A DNA stretch of 64,000 nucleotides. It comes from an uncultured delta proteobacterium (GTDB taxonomy: Bacteria > Desulfobacterota > Syntrophia > Syntrophales > UBA2185). Positions 52,753-61,254 of the stretch are shown piece after piece; position 1 is the stretch's first letter, and every line of letters begins with the position of its first letter. The translations under genes and the position numbers were made by a program. Below the pieces are notes generated by a model. That model was given only the letters and a program-made list of their open reading frames with translations. It had not been told where the DNA came from and did not search any database. The stretch is from NCBI GenBank assembly GCA_963729715.1, contig CAVSPA010000006.1, positions 256,001-320,000 on the forward strand, in the 5' to 3' direction.

Positions 52753-53454
52753 ATGCAGAAAAAAATTATTGTCGTTGATGACGAAAGAGACATCGTAGAC
52801 TTGATCAGTTATAATCTCGAGAAGGAAGGATTTGCCACTATCAAGGCCTATGATGGGGAAAGCGCTCTCGGGCTGGTTAAGGCCGCGAAGCCGGATCTCG
52901 TAGTTCTGGATCTCATGCTTCCGGGAATCAGGGGATTGGAAGTCTGCAAGTTCATCCGGAAGAATCCGGATACAGAAGCGCTTCCAATTATCATGCTCAC
53001 GGCTAAAGGCGAACAGGTGGATAAGATCCTGGGCTTTGAGATGGGGGCGGACGATTACATCACCAAGCCGTTCAATGTGAGAGAATTGATTGCCAGGGTC
53101 CGTGCGGTCCTGCGAAGGGCAGAAGTGCGTCCTGATTCGGAAAGAAGAGAGCAATTCGCGTACAAGGGCCTCCAGATCGATTACAGTTCTTACGAGGTCA
53201 CCGTAGACGGGAAGAAAATTGATCTTGGTCCCAGAGAACTGAAACTGTTGCAATTCCTCACAGGCCATCCCGGCAGGGTGTACACCAGAGATCAGCTTTT
53301 GGACTATGTCTGGGGGGATGAGACTTTCGTTGAGCCGCGCACAGTAGATGTGCATGTCAGCCATCTGAGGATGGCCATAGAAGAAGATAAAAAAAAACCG
53401 CAATACATTCTCACCGTCAGGGGTATCGGATATAAATTCGTAGATCTCAAATGA
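52753..53454 (+). CDS. phoB: OmpR-family response regulator, PhoB/PhoP-like
   Basis: VDDE, LDLMLPG, GADDYITKPF, RTVDVH, TVRGIGY. Context includes pstS and an own-promoter repeat array. Confidence 0.8.
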   Translation: MQKKIIVVDDERDIVDLISYNLEKEGFATIKAYDGESALGLVKAAKPDLVVLDLMLPGIRGLEVCKFIRKNPDTEALPIIMLTAKGEQVDKILGFEMGADDYITKPFNVRELIARVRAVLRRAEVRPDSERREQFAYKGLQIDYSSYEVTVDGKKIDLGPRELKLLQFLTGHPGRVYTRDQLLDYVWGDETFVEPRTVDVHVSHLRMAIEEDKKKPQYILTVRGIGYKFVDLK

Positions 53455-53489
53455 TCTTTTTCACAAGTGTCCCGCCCTGTCCTTCATTT

Positions 53490-53543
53490 TTCATCATATC
53501 TTAACATTTGCTTAATCAAGATTTAACATTCATAGGCTACCGT
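53490..53543 (+). promoter_or_regulatory. Pho-box-like array and -10 upstream of the porin
   Basis: TTCATC(53490), TTAACA(53501), TTAATC(53512), TTAACA(53523); TACCGT at 53538. Confidence 0.75.
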
Positions 53544-53704
53544 ACACCCGATTTCATTAGAAAGGAGGGTGCCATATAAGCTAAACAGAGGTTGTGTTAA
53601 GTGTTTTACCGGATTGTCGTAATAGATGACGAAGCATTCCAGAGGACCTTTCAAGGACATGCCCGGAAGGACCAATTTGGAAAAATCAAAAACAGGAGGA
53701 ACAG

Positions 53705-55090
53705 ATGAGAAAGTTTTGGACAGTTTTACTATCGATTGTGTTGATCATGGCGTTCGCCTTGCCCGTATCTGCGGCGGATGTAAAGTTCAGCGGGTCGTAT
53801 GTGGCACAGGGCTACTACGACAACAACCGCGCGCTGTTGGCGAATGGCGGTGCGTCCTTATCCAATGTGTGGCAGAGGCTGAGGATTCAGACAGACTTCA
53901 AGGTTCAGGAAGGCCTGATGCTGACGACCCGGTTCGATGCCCTGGAAAAGATATGGGGCGCTGCCCGTTCTACAACCGCTACCTCAACCAATCTTGCCGG
54001 CAATGATGATGAATCCGAGAACATCAAGTTTGAGTATGCGTTTGCGACGTTTAATATTCCCGGCAATGTTGGCACTTTAAAAGTGGGTTATCAGCAGCAG
54101 GGCACATGGGGTACGGCATTTGGTGACACGGGCGAGACGGACTATGGGATGAGGGTCAAGTGGGATTGGGTAACCGGTTCTTTCTTCTGGGGAGCCCGTT
54201 GGGATAAGGTGGAAGGAAAGAAGTCTTACAGCAGTCTCGGTCCTGCCGGCAATCTCAACGTATCCACTTATGTTGTGGACCACGACTCGGAAAAGTATTC
54301 TGTTCTCGGCGGGTACACCTGGAGCAAGGGTGACGCCGGTCTGCAAATCACATATTATATCGATACCAGCCCTGACGATAATCCTGCCACTGGATATAAA
54401 GCAAGGTACATCCTGTGGTATCCGTATGCCAGGGCGACGTTCGGTCCTGTTTATGTCGAGACAGAGTGGGGTTGGTACACGGGTAAAAGACAAGAGTACA
54501 GTAATGCCGCAACCCACGTGGACCAAGATTATACAGGCTGGCGCGGTTATATCATGGCCAGTCTTGACCTTGCACCGGCCTATGTAGGCGCTTTGGCATT
54601 CTATTCGTCGGGTACTGATATAACTTCACTAAATACGTATTCAGGTGGAGCCAAGATTGGTACCGACTTTCAGCCCTGCCTGATTCTCTGGAACTACGAT
54701 CTCGGCAGGTGGAACGGCGCGTTGGGTGGTCAGAATGGTCTTTCCAATGCTGCCGCGAATGGTAGCACGGGACCTGGTAACGTGGGTGGCTACAATTCGG
54801 ACAATGTTATAGCATGGCAGATATTCGCCGGCATCAAGCCCATACCAAAGCTTGATATAAAGGCGAGCTTCACTGGCGCTAGTATGGACCAGAATGTAGT
54901 TGTCAATCAGATCTCGAAAAATATCGGTGAGGAATTTGATCTCAGCGCAACCTACAAGATATATGACAATCTGTCGTACATGGTGGGCTTTGGCTACCTG
55001 TGGGCAGGCGATGCCTTTATGGGCAGCAATTCCAATGCCCAACTCAGTAACGACTATCTCTTGACGCACAAGCTGACACTTAGTTTTTAG
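53705..55090 (+). CDS. Outer-membrane beta-barrel porin
   Basis: Signal peptide (VSA-A), alternating beta strands rich in aromatic residues, C-terminal LTLSF. Confidence 0.85.
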   Translation: MRKFWTVLLSIVLIMAFALPVSAADVKFSGSYVAQGYYDNNRALLANGGASLSNVWQRLRIQTDFKVQEGLMLTTRFDALEKIWGAARSTTATSTNLAGNDDESENIKFEYAFATFNIPGNVGTLKVGYQQQGTWGTAFGDTGETDYGMRVKWDWVTGSFFWGARWDKVEGKKSYSSLGPAGNLNVSTYVVDHDSEKYSVLGGYTWSKGDAGLQITYYIDTSPDDNPATGYKARYILWYPYARATFGPVYVETEWGWYTGKRQEYSNAATHVDQDYTGWRGYIMASLDLAPAYVGALAFYSSGTDITSLNTYSGGAKIGTDFQPCLILWNYDLGRWNGALGGQNGLSNAAANGSTGPGNVGGYNSDNVIAWQIFAGIKPIPKLDIKASFTGASMDQNVVVNQISKNIGEEFDLSATYKIYDNLSYMVGFGYLWAGDAFMGSNSNAQLSNDYLLTHKLTLSF

Positions 55091-55122
55091 CATAGCTGAC
55101 ACAAATTCCGTTACACTCCAAA

Positions 55123-55150
55123 GAGCCCCGGGACCAACTCCGGGGCTCCT
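55123..55150 (+). terminator. Hairpin terminator after the porin
   Basis: GAGCCCCGG / CCGGGGCTC 9-bp stem with a weak U tract. Confidence 0.6.
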
Positions 55151-55267
55151 TGGATGATCATTTCTTGCCGCAGTACATGTCCACCTTCAGATGAACAGGA
55201 TATAGGCTTGCAGAGCCGGAATTAACTCTATCAGAAGCTCGTAATTGTCCTGTCTCGCTTGTCACTC

Positions 55268-55321
55268 TTCACTATATCTTAATATTCGTTTAATACCACT
55301 TTAATATTGCTCGGCTACTAT
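55268..55321 (+). promoter_or_regulatory. Pho-box-like array and -10 upstream of the ligase/psd/lgt-like operon
   Basis: TTCACT(55268), TTAATA(55279), TTAATA(55290), TTAATA(55301); TACTAT at 55316. Confidence 0.75.
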
Positions 55322-55352
55322 GTTGCCGAATCACGATGCAGGAGGGTTTGAT

Positions 55353-57809
55353 ATGAACTGGGGCGAAGCTGCTTCAGATTTATTGCACAAGGAGATAGGC
55401 AACGATAACGGAAACGTCCCATCGGCCCGAAGGATTATGGAAATGCTCGATGTCTTCGGTCTCTTCGGCGTGAAAATAAATTCCCTTCCGTTTGCACTTC
55501 GTGACACAACAGCAGGAAGCGAGACGGAGCTGCAAGCTGTCGTTGTCGGCGACAAGGGCAAGGTCGACCTTCCCATTACCATCGAGCAATCCAATTATTT
55601 TGCCAACATTGTCAGGCGTGCAATGGCGGGCGATACGACAAAGAAGATTGTCACAGACCTCGAGAGATTTCTGAATACGAATACGGAAAATGTGTGGGAA
55701 CACAGCTGGGTTCGCTTTCCCCGGAATCGCTTGAGTCCCTTTGCCGCAGATATATTCAAACGCGACATTCTGGCAGATAAAGAACATCCGTCAAAAGGAG
55801 TGAGAGAAGACGTACACAAATTCATATTTTCCAACGAGGGTGAAGAGTCTATACGTTTGCCGATAAGCTATATGATCAAACTGTGCCTCGCGGATGTCCT
55901 CGGTTCACAGAAGAATGCTCCGTCATTGATTTACGGCACCGGATGCAGATTGTTGCATCATTTTCTGAATGACAACACCTCTCCGGAGTCCTTCTCGTTT
56001 CATGTTGTTCCCTTACGTCCCGATGCCGGGATGGGTAAGGCCATTGCAAGAGAAATGGCAAAGCGGTTCTTGCTGACCCACCTCTTGATAATGTACGGCA
56101 ATCGCAAGTTTTCTCTCATATCGAGCGGGCAGAAAGCAATGGTCTACTCGTCTCCGCATCCGCCGGTGCGTCTGAAGGATCTCAATAACTGTATTTCCGA
56201 TGCCTTCTACAGAGAGCTCTTTATGAATCCCTGCCTCTCAGGTTGGAGCAGAGGGGAGGCGAAGCAGGAATACATGCACCTTTGCCACAGTGTCTTGAGC
56301 CGCAGCCAATTGAATGCGGTGGCGAAACTCCGGGAGGCGGGCATCATCAGCACAAACCTTGTAGTATTTCCGACCACGTCCAATATAAGTCTTGCGAACA
56401 ACGGCACCCACATCAGCATGGGCAGCCGGATACTCAGCAAATATTTGGGAGACAAATCCTCCGGGCTGAACAGCACCCATGAGAAGTTTATCGGCGACCT
56501 CGTCATTAAGATAGTGGAGCATTTCCTGCCCCTCTTTGTGGGAACCTACAGCGCCGCCCCGTATCGCCTTGATTTCGCCGATATGCATCCGGAAAGGGTT
56601 CTCGGGTTCCTGCCCCATGAGTTGGATTACACGCATCTGCGGATGCTGTGGAGGCGATGGCAGAAAAAGGCGGATATGAAAATATTCGGCCGTGTGGTCA
56701 CACCGTTTGGTCCGAATTGGTTGGACAGGATGATCAGTATTTTCTTCAGGCTCAGGGGAGACTTTATTCCCGACTTCAGGCTTGTTGACTATCTTGTGTC
56801 CCTCATGAGCACGGAGAAGAGCCCGGCTCTCGACGGCACAATCAGAAATCATGATCAATTAAAAAAGGACCTGTCGGATCTGGGTGTGTTCGATTTCCGG
56901 ATGTCCATTTATCTGCTCTACAGGCTCCGTGAGCATGACATCATGGGATTTTCAGGATTTGAGGGCCGTCACTACAGTCTCTTTGAGAATATCGAGGAAG
57001 ATATGGGAAGGGCGGCGGACCTGCAAAATCTTCTTAACGTTCTGGCATTCAAGTATATAGCGGACGGCACGGCATTGCATGAGCACATCCCGGATGAACC
57101 GTTCGTTGAAAGCGAGCGAAGGCAGATCATCTTTGGATCCGCAACAGGAATTCCAACTTTTTTCGTCCGCCACGATACGAAAAACCTTTTCCTGAGAAAG
57201 ATTATTGAAAAAACGGTGAAAGTTCGCTCAAGCAGAAGATATCCGGGATATCTGCGCGTCTATAACCTGGAATATCGTAAAGCTCTTCTCAAGATCATCA
57301 GAGAAGATGCAGCCGATCTCATTGAGATGCTCGGGCTCGAAGAGACTGTGGACGATTTGGCCTTGAGATTGGAGAACCCTGAGGGCCATGCCGCAGCGGG
57401 CAAGATGGCGCGCGCGATTCTCGACAGCGCAGGTGCAAAGTCTCCCCTCCAGATGAAGGCCGAAGATTTCAATGGAGCCGCGGAAAGATTTTATCGGACT
57501 GACCTGAAAATGCGTCATATCAGGGAAGGATTCAGGTTCTTGGAAGAAGATCTGAGAAGGGTTGAAAATGCCTCGGCAAAGGACAAACCGGCAATACAAA
57601 ATGCGCTTCAGTTTACTTTGAATAATCAGGAAGCCTCTCGATTTGTCAGTATTGCCGAGCGGAAAGTTATTGATGAGGAAATATCGACAGGCGAGTTGAT
57701 TAAGCTCATCAATTTGATCTTGATTTCGGCCGACAACGACAGAAGTCAAAGTCAGGCGATATTTAATAAAGAATTGTCGGAAAGAAAAGATGCTTCACCA
57801 GTATATTGA
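55353..57809 (+). CDS. Large uncharacterised protein with glutamine-synthetase / glutamate-cysteine-ligase-like motifs
   Basis: TAGSETELQ (GxExE), NNGTHISMG and GFEGRH (ExR) in the expected order. GGAGG RBS before ATG 55353. The CDS is clear; the fold call is an inference. Confidence 0.6.
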   Translation: MNWGEAASDLLHKEIGNDNGNVPSARRIMEMLDVFGLFGVKINSLPFALRDTTAGSETELQAVVVGDKGKVDLPITIEQSNYFANIVRRAMAGDTTKKIVTDLERFLNTNTENVWEHSWVRFPRNRLSPFAADIFKRDILADKEHPSKGVREDVHKFIFSNEGEESIRLPISYMIKLCLADVLGSQKNAPSLIYGTGCRLLHHFLNDNTSPESFSFHVVPLRPDAGMGKAIAREMAKRFLLTHLLIMYGNRKFSLISSGQKAMVYSSPHPPVRLKDLNNCISDAFYRELFMNPCLSGWSRGEAKQEYMHLCHSVLSRSQLNAVAKLREAGIISTNLVVFPTTSNISLANNGTHISMGSRILSKYLGDKSSGLNSTHEKFIGDLVIKIVEHFLPLFVGTYSAAPYRLDFADMHPERVLGFLPHELDYTHLRMLWRRWQKKADMKIFGRVVTPFGPNWLDRMISIFFRLRGDFIPDFRLVDYLVSLMSTEKSPALDGTIRNHDQLKKDLSDLGVFDFRMSIYLLYRLREHDIMGFSGFEGRHYSLFENIEEDMGRAADLQNLLNVLAFKYIADGTALHEHIPDEPFVESERRQIIFGSATGIPTFFVRHDTKNLFLRKIIEKTVKVRSSRRYPGYLRVYNLEYRKALLKIIREDAADLIEMLGLEETVDDLALRLENPEGHAAAGKMARAILDSAGAKSPLQMKAEDFNGAAERFYRTDLKMRHIREGFRFLEEDLRRVENASAKDKPAIQNALQFTLNNQEASRFVSIAERKVIDEEISTGELIKLINLILISADNDRSQSQAIFNKELSERKDASPVY

Positions 57810-58794
57810 ACGCAAAGACCGCAGGGTTCGCACGGAAAAACTGTATCGCAACGACACTATCAAGTTTCTCTATTCCGATCTGCGGGAATATGCGCCCTTC
57901 CTTTTCCGGGCGCTTACGGGTGCGAGGGTTTCACGACTTCTGGGTTTCATGAACTATGAGCATTTTTTGGGAGAAAAGATATTCGGATACATGAATTTCT
58001 TGAGGTCAAGCGGCATCGACCTCGGGGAATGTTGCGATGATCCGGAGAATCTTGATACCTTAAGGAAGATATTTGAAAGAAAAATACGTTACTGGGAATG
58101 CAGGCCCATGTCGGATGATCCTGAGATTATTGTATCTCCTGCTGATTCAAGAATGCTTGTCGGTTCCTTCTGTGACAGTTCGCATCTGTTTGTCAAAGGG
58201 AAATTCTTTGACTATGAGGAAATGCTCTGGAATGACAAGAAGACATGGCTGAAAGCCTTCAGGGGCGGGGACTTTGCCATCTGCAGGCTTACTCCGGAGA
58301 AATATCATTACAATCATACGCCGGTTGCTGGAAAAGTAGTGGACTTTTACCAGTTACCGGGCAGTTACCATTCCTGCAATCCCAATGCGGTACTTTCAAT
58401 GGCTACACCTTATTCAAAAAATAAGAGAGTTGTGACCATAATCAATACCGACGTTGACGGCGGCACCGGAGCAGGTCTCGTTGCCATGATTGAAGTGGTA
58501 GCCATGATGATAGGGGATATCATGCAATGCTACAGTGAAGAAGGGTATGCCAACTCTATGCCCATTGGTACGGGCATGTTCGTAAAGAAGGGCGTTCCTA
58601 AGAGTCTTTATCGCCCCGGCAGCAGCACGGACGTATTGATATTTCAGCAGGGGCGCGTGAAGTTTGCAGATGACATCGTTGTGAACATGTTTCATCAGGG
58701 TGCGGAGAGCATATTTTGCAAGGGTTTCGGAATGCCTTTGGTGGAAACCGAGGTGAATGTCCGTTCAATGATCGGAAGTGTGTTGAGCAGGTGA
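57790..58794 (+). CDS. Phosphatidylserine decarboxylase-family pyruvoyl proenzyme
   Basis: SPADSR (Asp), RLTPEKYHYNHTP (His), NKRVV, PGSSTDVL (self-cleavage Ser). Confidence 0.88.
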   Translation: MLHQYIERKDRRVRTEKLYRNDTIKFLYSDLREYAPFLFRALTGARVSRLLGFMNYEHFLGEKIFGYMNFLRSSGIDLGECCDDPENLDTLRKIFERKIRYWECRPMSDDPEIIVSPADSRMLVGSFCDSSHLFVKGKFFDYEEMLWNDKKTWLKAFRGGDFAICRLTPEKYHYNHTPVAGKVVDFYQLPGSYHSCNPNAVLSMATPYSKNKRVVTIINTDVDGGTGAGLVAMIEVVAMMIGDIMQCYSEEGYANSMPIGTGMFVKKGVPKSLYRPGSSTDVLIFQQGRVKFADDIVVNMFHQGAESIFCKGFGMPLVETEVNVRSMIGSVLSR

Positions 58795-58829
58795 GGCAGG
58801 AGAAGACGTAACTAATCAGAGGTTGTTAT

Positions 58830-59873
58830 ATGGAAAATGAAATATTTATCGTCACGTTGGCTCTTCTGTTTGTCTGTCACTTATGGTGGGGCTTCAAAGT
58901 GCTGCCGGATGAACGATGGCAGATTATGGCTACCGTACCGGTAAGGAAAATTGACTCGGAGAGATGGGATGGCGTTAACCTCACCTACTACGGCGTATTG
59001 AGCGCAAATGCCTATCTGGTAGCCGTGGCGATGATGCTCGTTCTCTTCGGCGCAATTAGAGTTGACATAAAAGCGACTTTCGCCCTCGTTTTTATCATGA
59101 TGGCTTTCTGTCTTCCTATGGCGAGAATAATCGCCATGATTGTGGAAAAAAAAGCACATACGCGAACTGTGGGCGGCGCGGTTTTCGCTGGGACGCTGGT
59201 TGCGCCCCTGGCGATATCGCTAGTCAATAGAATCATGGGGCCCGCGATTTCCATTCCCATTATGCCTGCCATGGCCGCTTTGGCAATTTCCTATTCTTAC
59301 GGAGAAGGGATGGGGCGGCTCGCCTGTATCAGCTTCGGCTGCTGTTATGGGAAGCAGCTTTCTCAATGTACGCCTTTTCTGCAGACGTTATTTGGGAAGC
59401 GCAACTTTATTTTTTCTGGAAAGATCAAGAAGATAGCCTATGAAAGTGGACTGGATGGAGAACATGTTGTTCCCATACAGGCTGTAACATCGGTCTTGTA
59501 TATAGCAACAGGTATTACCTGCACGTATCTTTTCCTCAACACCCACTATGTCGCTTCCTTCCTGGTTTCCGTGCTGGTCACTCAGGGCTGGAGATCCGTG
59601 TCAGAAATATTCCGAGCCGATCACCGCGGAGAAAGCCGTATTTCCGTCTATCAAATTATGGGAATTGTTGCGATCATCTATTCGTTCATTCTGTGGAAAT
59701 GGTTCCCCGATTCAAACCCGATGGCGTATGCTTTGGAGGGCATCCAGACACTATGGCAGCCGGAGATTATAATCTTCCTGCTGCTGTTATGGTTGGGTAT
59801 TTTCCTCCATACCGGTTGCAGCAAAGTGACGGGATCAATAGTATCTTTTCATGTTCACGAGGACAGGATTTAA
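58830..59873 (+). CDS. Prolipoprotein diacylglyceryl transferase (Lgt)-like membrane protein, divergent
   Basis: TYYG, GRLACISFGCCYG, VPIQ, WRSVSEIFRAD, SVYQ, and multiple TM helices. Confidence 0.75.
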   Translation: MENEIFIVTLALLFVCHLWWGFKVLPDERWQIMATVPVRKIDSERWDGVNLTYYGVLSANAYLVAVAMMLVLFGAIRVDIKATFALVFIMMAFCLPMARIIAMIVEKKAHTRTVGGAVFAGTLVAPLAISLVNRIMGPAISIPIMPAMAALAISYSYGEGMGRLACISFGCCYGKQLSQCTPFLQTLFGKRNFIFSGKIKKIAYESGLDGEHVVPIQAVTSVLYIATGITCTYLFLNTHYVASFLVSVLVTQGWRSVSEIFRADHRGESRISVYQIMGIVAIIYSFILWKWFPDSNPMAYALEGIQTLWQPEIIIFLLLLWLGIFLHTGCSKVTGSIVSFHVHEDRI

Positions 59874-59949
59874 TACAGGTTTCCCCTTTGAAAAAGGGCA
59901 GAGGGATTTTACAAGCGGGAGAACCCTCAGGAGGATTAAGGATAGCAAT

Positions 59950-60303
59950 ATGAAACCGGAAAATCTTCGACGTATAAAGAAACGTCTCCTCCGCAGATTA
60001 AATGAACTCCAATTTGAGGCGATTCATGCTGCCTTTGAGAAAGGGGCTACGGATGATAACCCTGCGGATTTCGTGGATAAGGCATCGAGGGAATTTGAGC
60101 TAAATGCACAGCTGATGATGAAAGAAAGGAAGAGGGCGCTTATACAAGAGCTTCAGGGGGCAATTATGCGCATTGATCGGGGGGTATTCGGGATTTGTGA
60201 GATTTGTGAAGGCCGGATATCGGAAAGAAGGCTGCTCGCAATACCCACGAGCCGTTCTTGCATAGCCTGCATGGAGAAAGAAGGAAATCCCAAAGCTGCA
60301 TAG
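59950..60303 (+). CDS. DksA/TraR C4 zinc-finger protein
   Basis: DFVDKA (DxxDxA), CEIC...RRLLAIP...CIAC. Confidence 0.9.
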   Translation: MKPENLRRIKKRLLRRLNELQFEAIHAAFEKGATDDNPADFVDKASREFELNAQLMMKERKRALIQELQGAIMRIDRGVFGICEICEGRISERRLLAIPTSRSCIACMEKEGNPKAA

Positions 60304-60415
60304 ATATTTCCCGGGTCCCTCCCGGACCCGTCACAACTGACAGGGACATAGGAAGAACAACTGGCGAAAGTGCGGATGATCAGAGACGAAATCAGAGCGG
60401 CGATAGAATCCTGGT

Positions 60416-61207
60416 ATGAGAAACTTGCCACGCAATGAAGTTTCGACCAGCCAATCCCACTCGATCAAAAATGAGAGTCGAGGAAAATCAGCTTTCGGAA
60501 CAGGCAAGGTTGCTCTCCTGGTTCTGGCCGCGACTATCCTCGCTTTTCTTTATGGGACGACAGCAGGGTCTACCACTGCAATTATCAATGTAGTTCAGTT
60601 TCAAACGATTGTTTCAAGAAGCGGTCTTCCAGCGGACTGGTCCCTGCAAAGATACAGAGGAACACCTTCCTTCAAGATCAACCAAAACGCCTTGCCCCCC
60701 CATTTGCAAATGACAAGCAGCGGGGAGACCGCCTTCGGTTTTCAGAGGGAAATTTACGTCGATATTCGGGCATACCCTTATCTCTGCTGGTCATGGAAAG
60801 CGACGAAACTGCCTGTCGGCGGTGATATCAGAAAGAAAGATAGTGACGATCAAAGCATTCAGATCTATCTCAGCCTTCAAATCCCCGGCGAGGGGGGTCT
60901 CTTTTCGTTGCCTCCGGCGCTTGCATATATATGGGATAACGAAGCGCCGACAGATATCTTGGTCAAGAGTCCTCAGGCAATGTTGAGTAATGTCCGGTAT
61001 CTTGTACTGCGGAATGGGAAGGATAACCTCGGGACGTGGTTTACGGAAAAGAGAAATATTCTTAAGGATGTTTATCGGGCATTTGGTCAGCCCTCATCAG
61101 GAAACAGGCCGATCATGGTCAAGGGCGTGTTGCTTTTCATCAATACGCACCACACGAAAAGTGATGCGGAAAGCTGTATAGGCAATATATACTTTTCTAG
61201 TCAATAG
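60416..61207 (+). CDS. DUF3047-like exported protein
   Basis: YPYLCWSWK...LPVGGD...DD, LAYIWD, GTWFTEKRNI..D...AFG. Confidence 0.75.
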   Translation: MRNLPRNEVSTSQSHSIKNESRGKSAFGTGKVALLVLAATILAFLYGTTAGSTTAIINVVQFQTIVSRSGLPADWSLQRYRGTPSFKINQNALPPHLQMTSSGETAFGFQREIYVDIRAYPYLCWSWKATKLPVGGDIRKKDSDDQSIQIYLSLQIPGEGGLFSLPPALAYIWDNEAPTDILVKSPQAMLSNVRYLVLRNGKDNLGTWFTEKRNILKDVYRAFGQPSSGNRPIMVKGVLLFINTHHTKSDAESCIGNIYFSSQ

Positions 61208-61254
61208 AATTATAAGATTACGCGATTACACTTGCCTGTTATAAACTGTGGCTC

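Noticed and set aside
55320..55352. ATG at 55320 as the start of the large protein
   Set aside because: It overlaps the predicted -10 element and has no RBS, whereas ATG 55353 has GGAGG.
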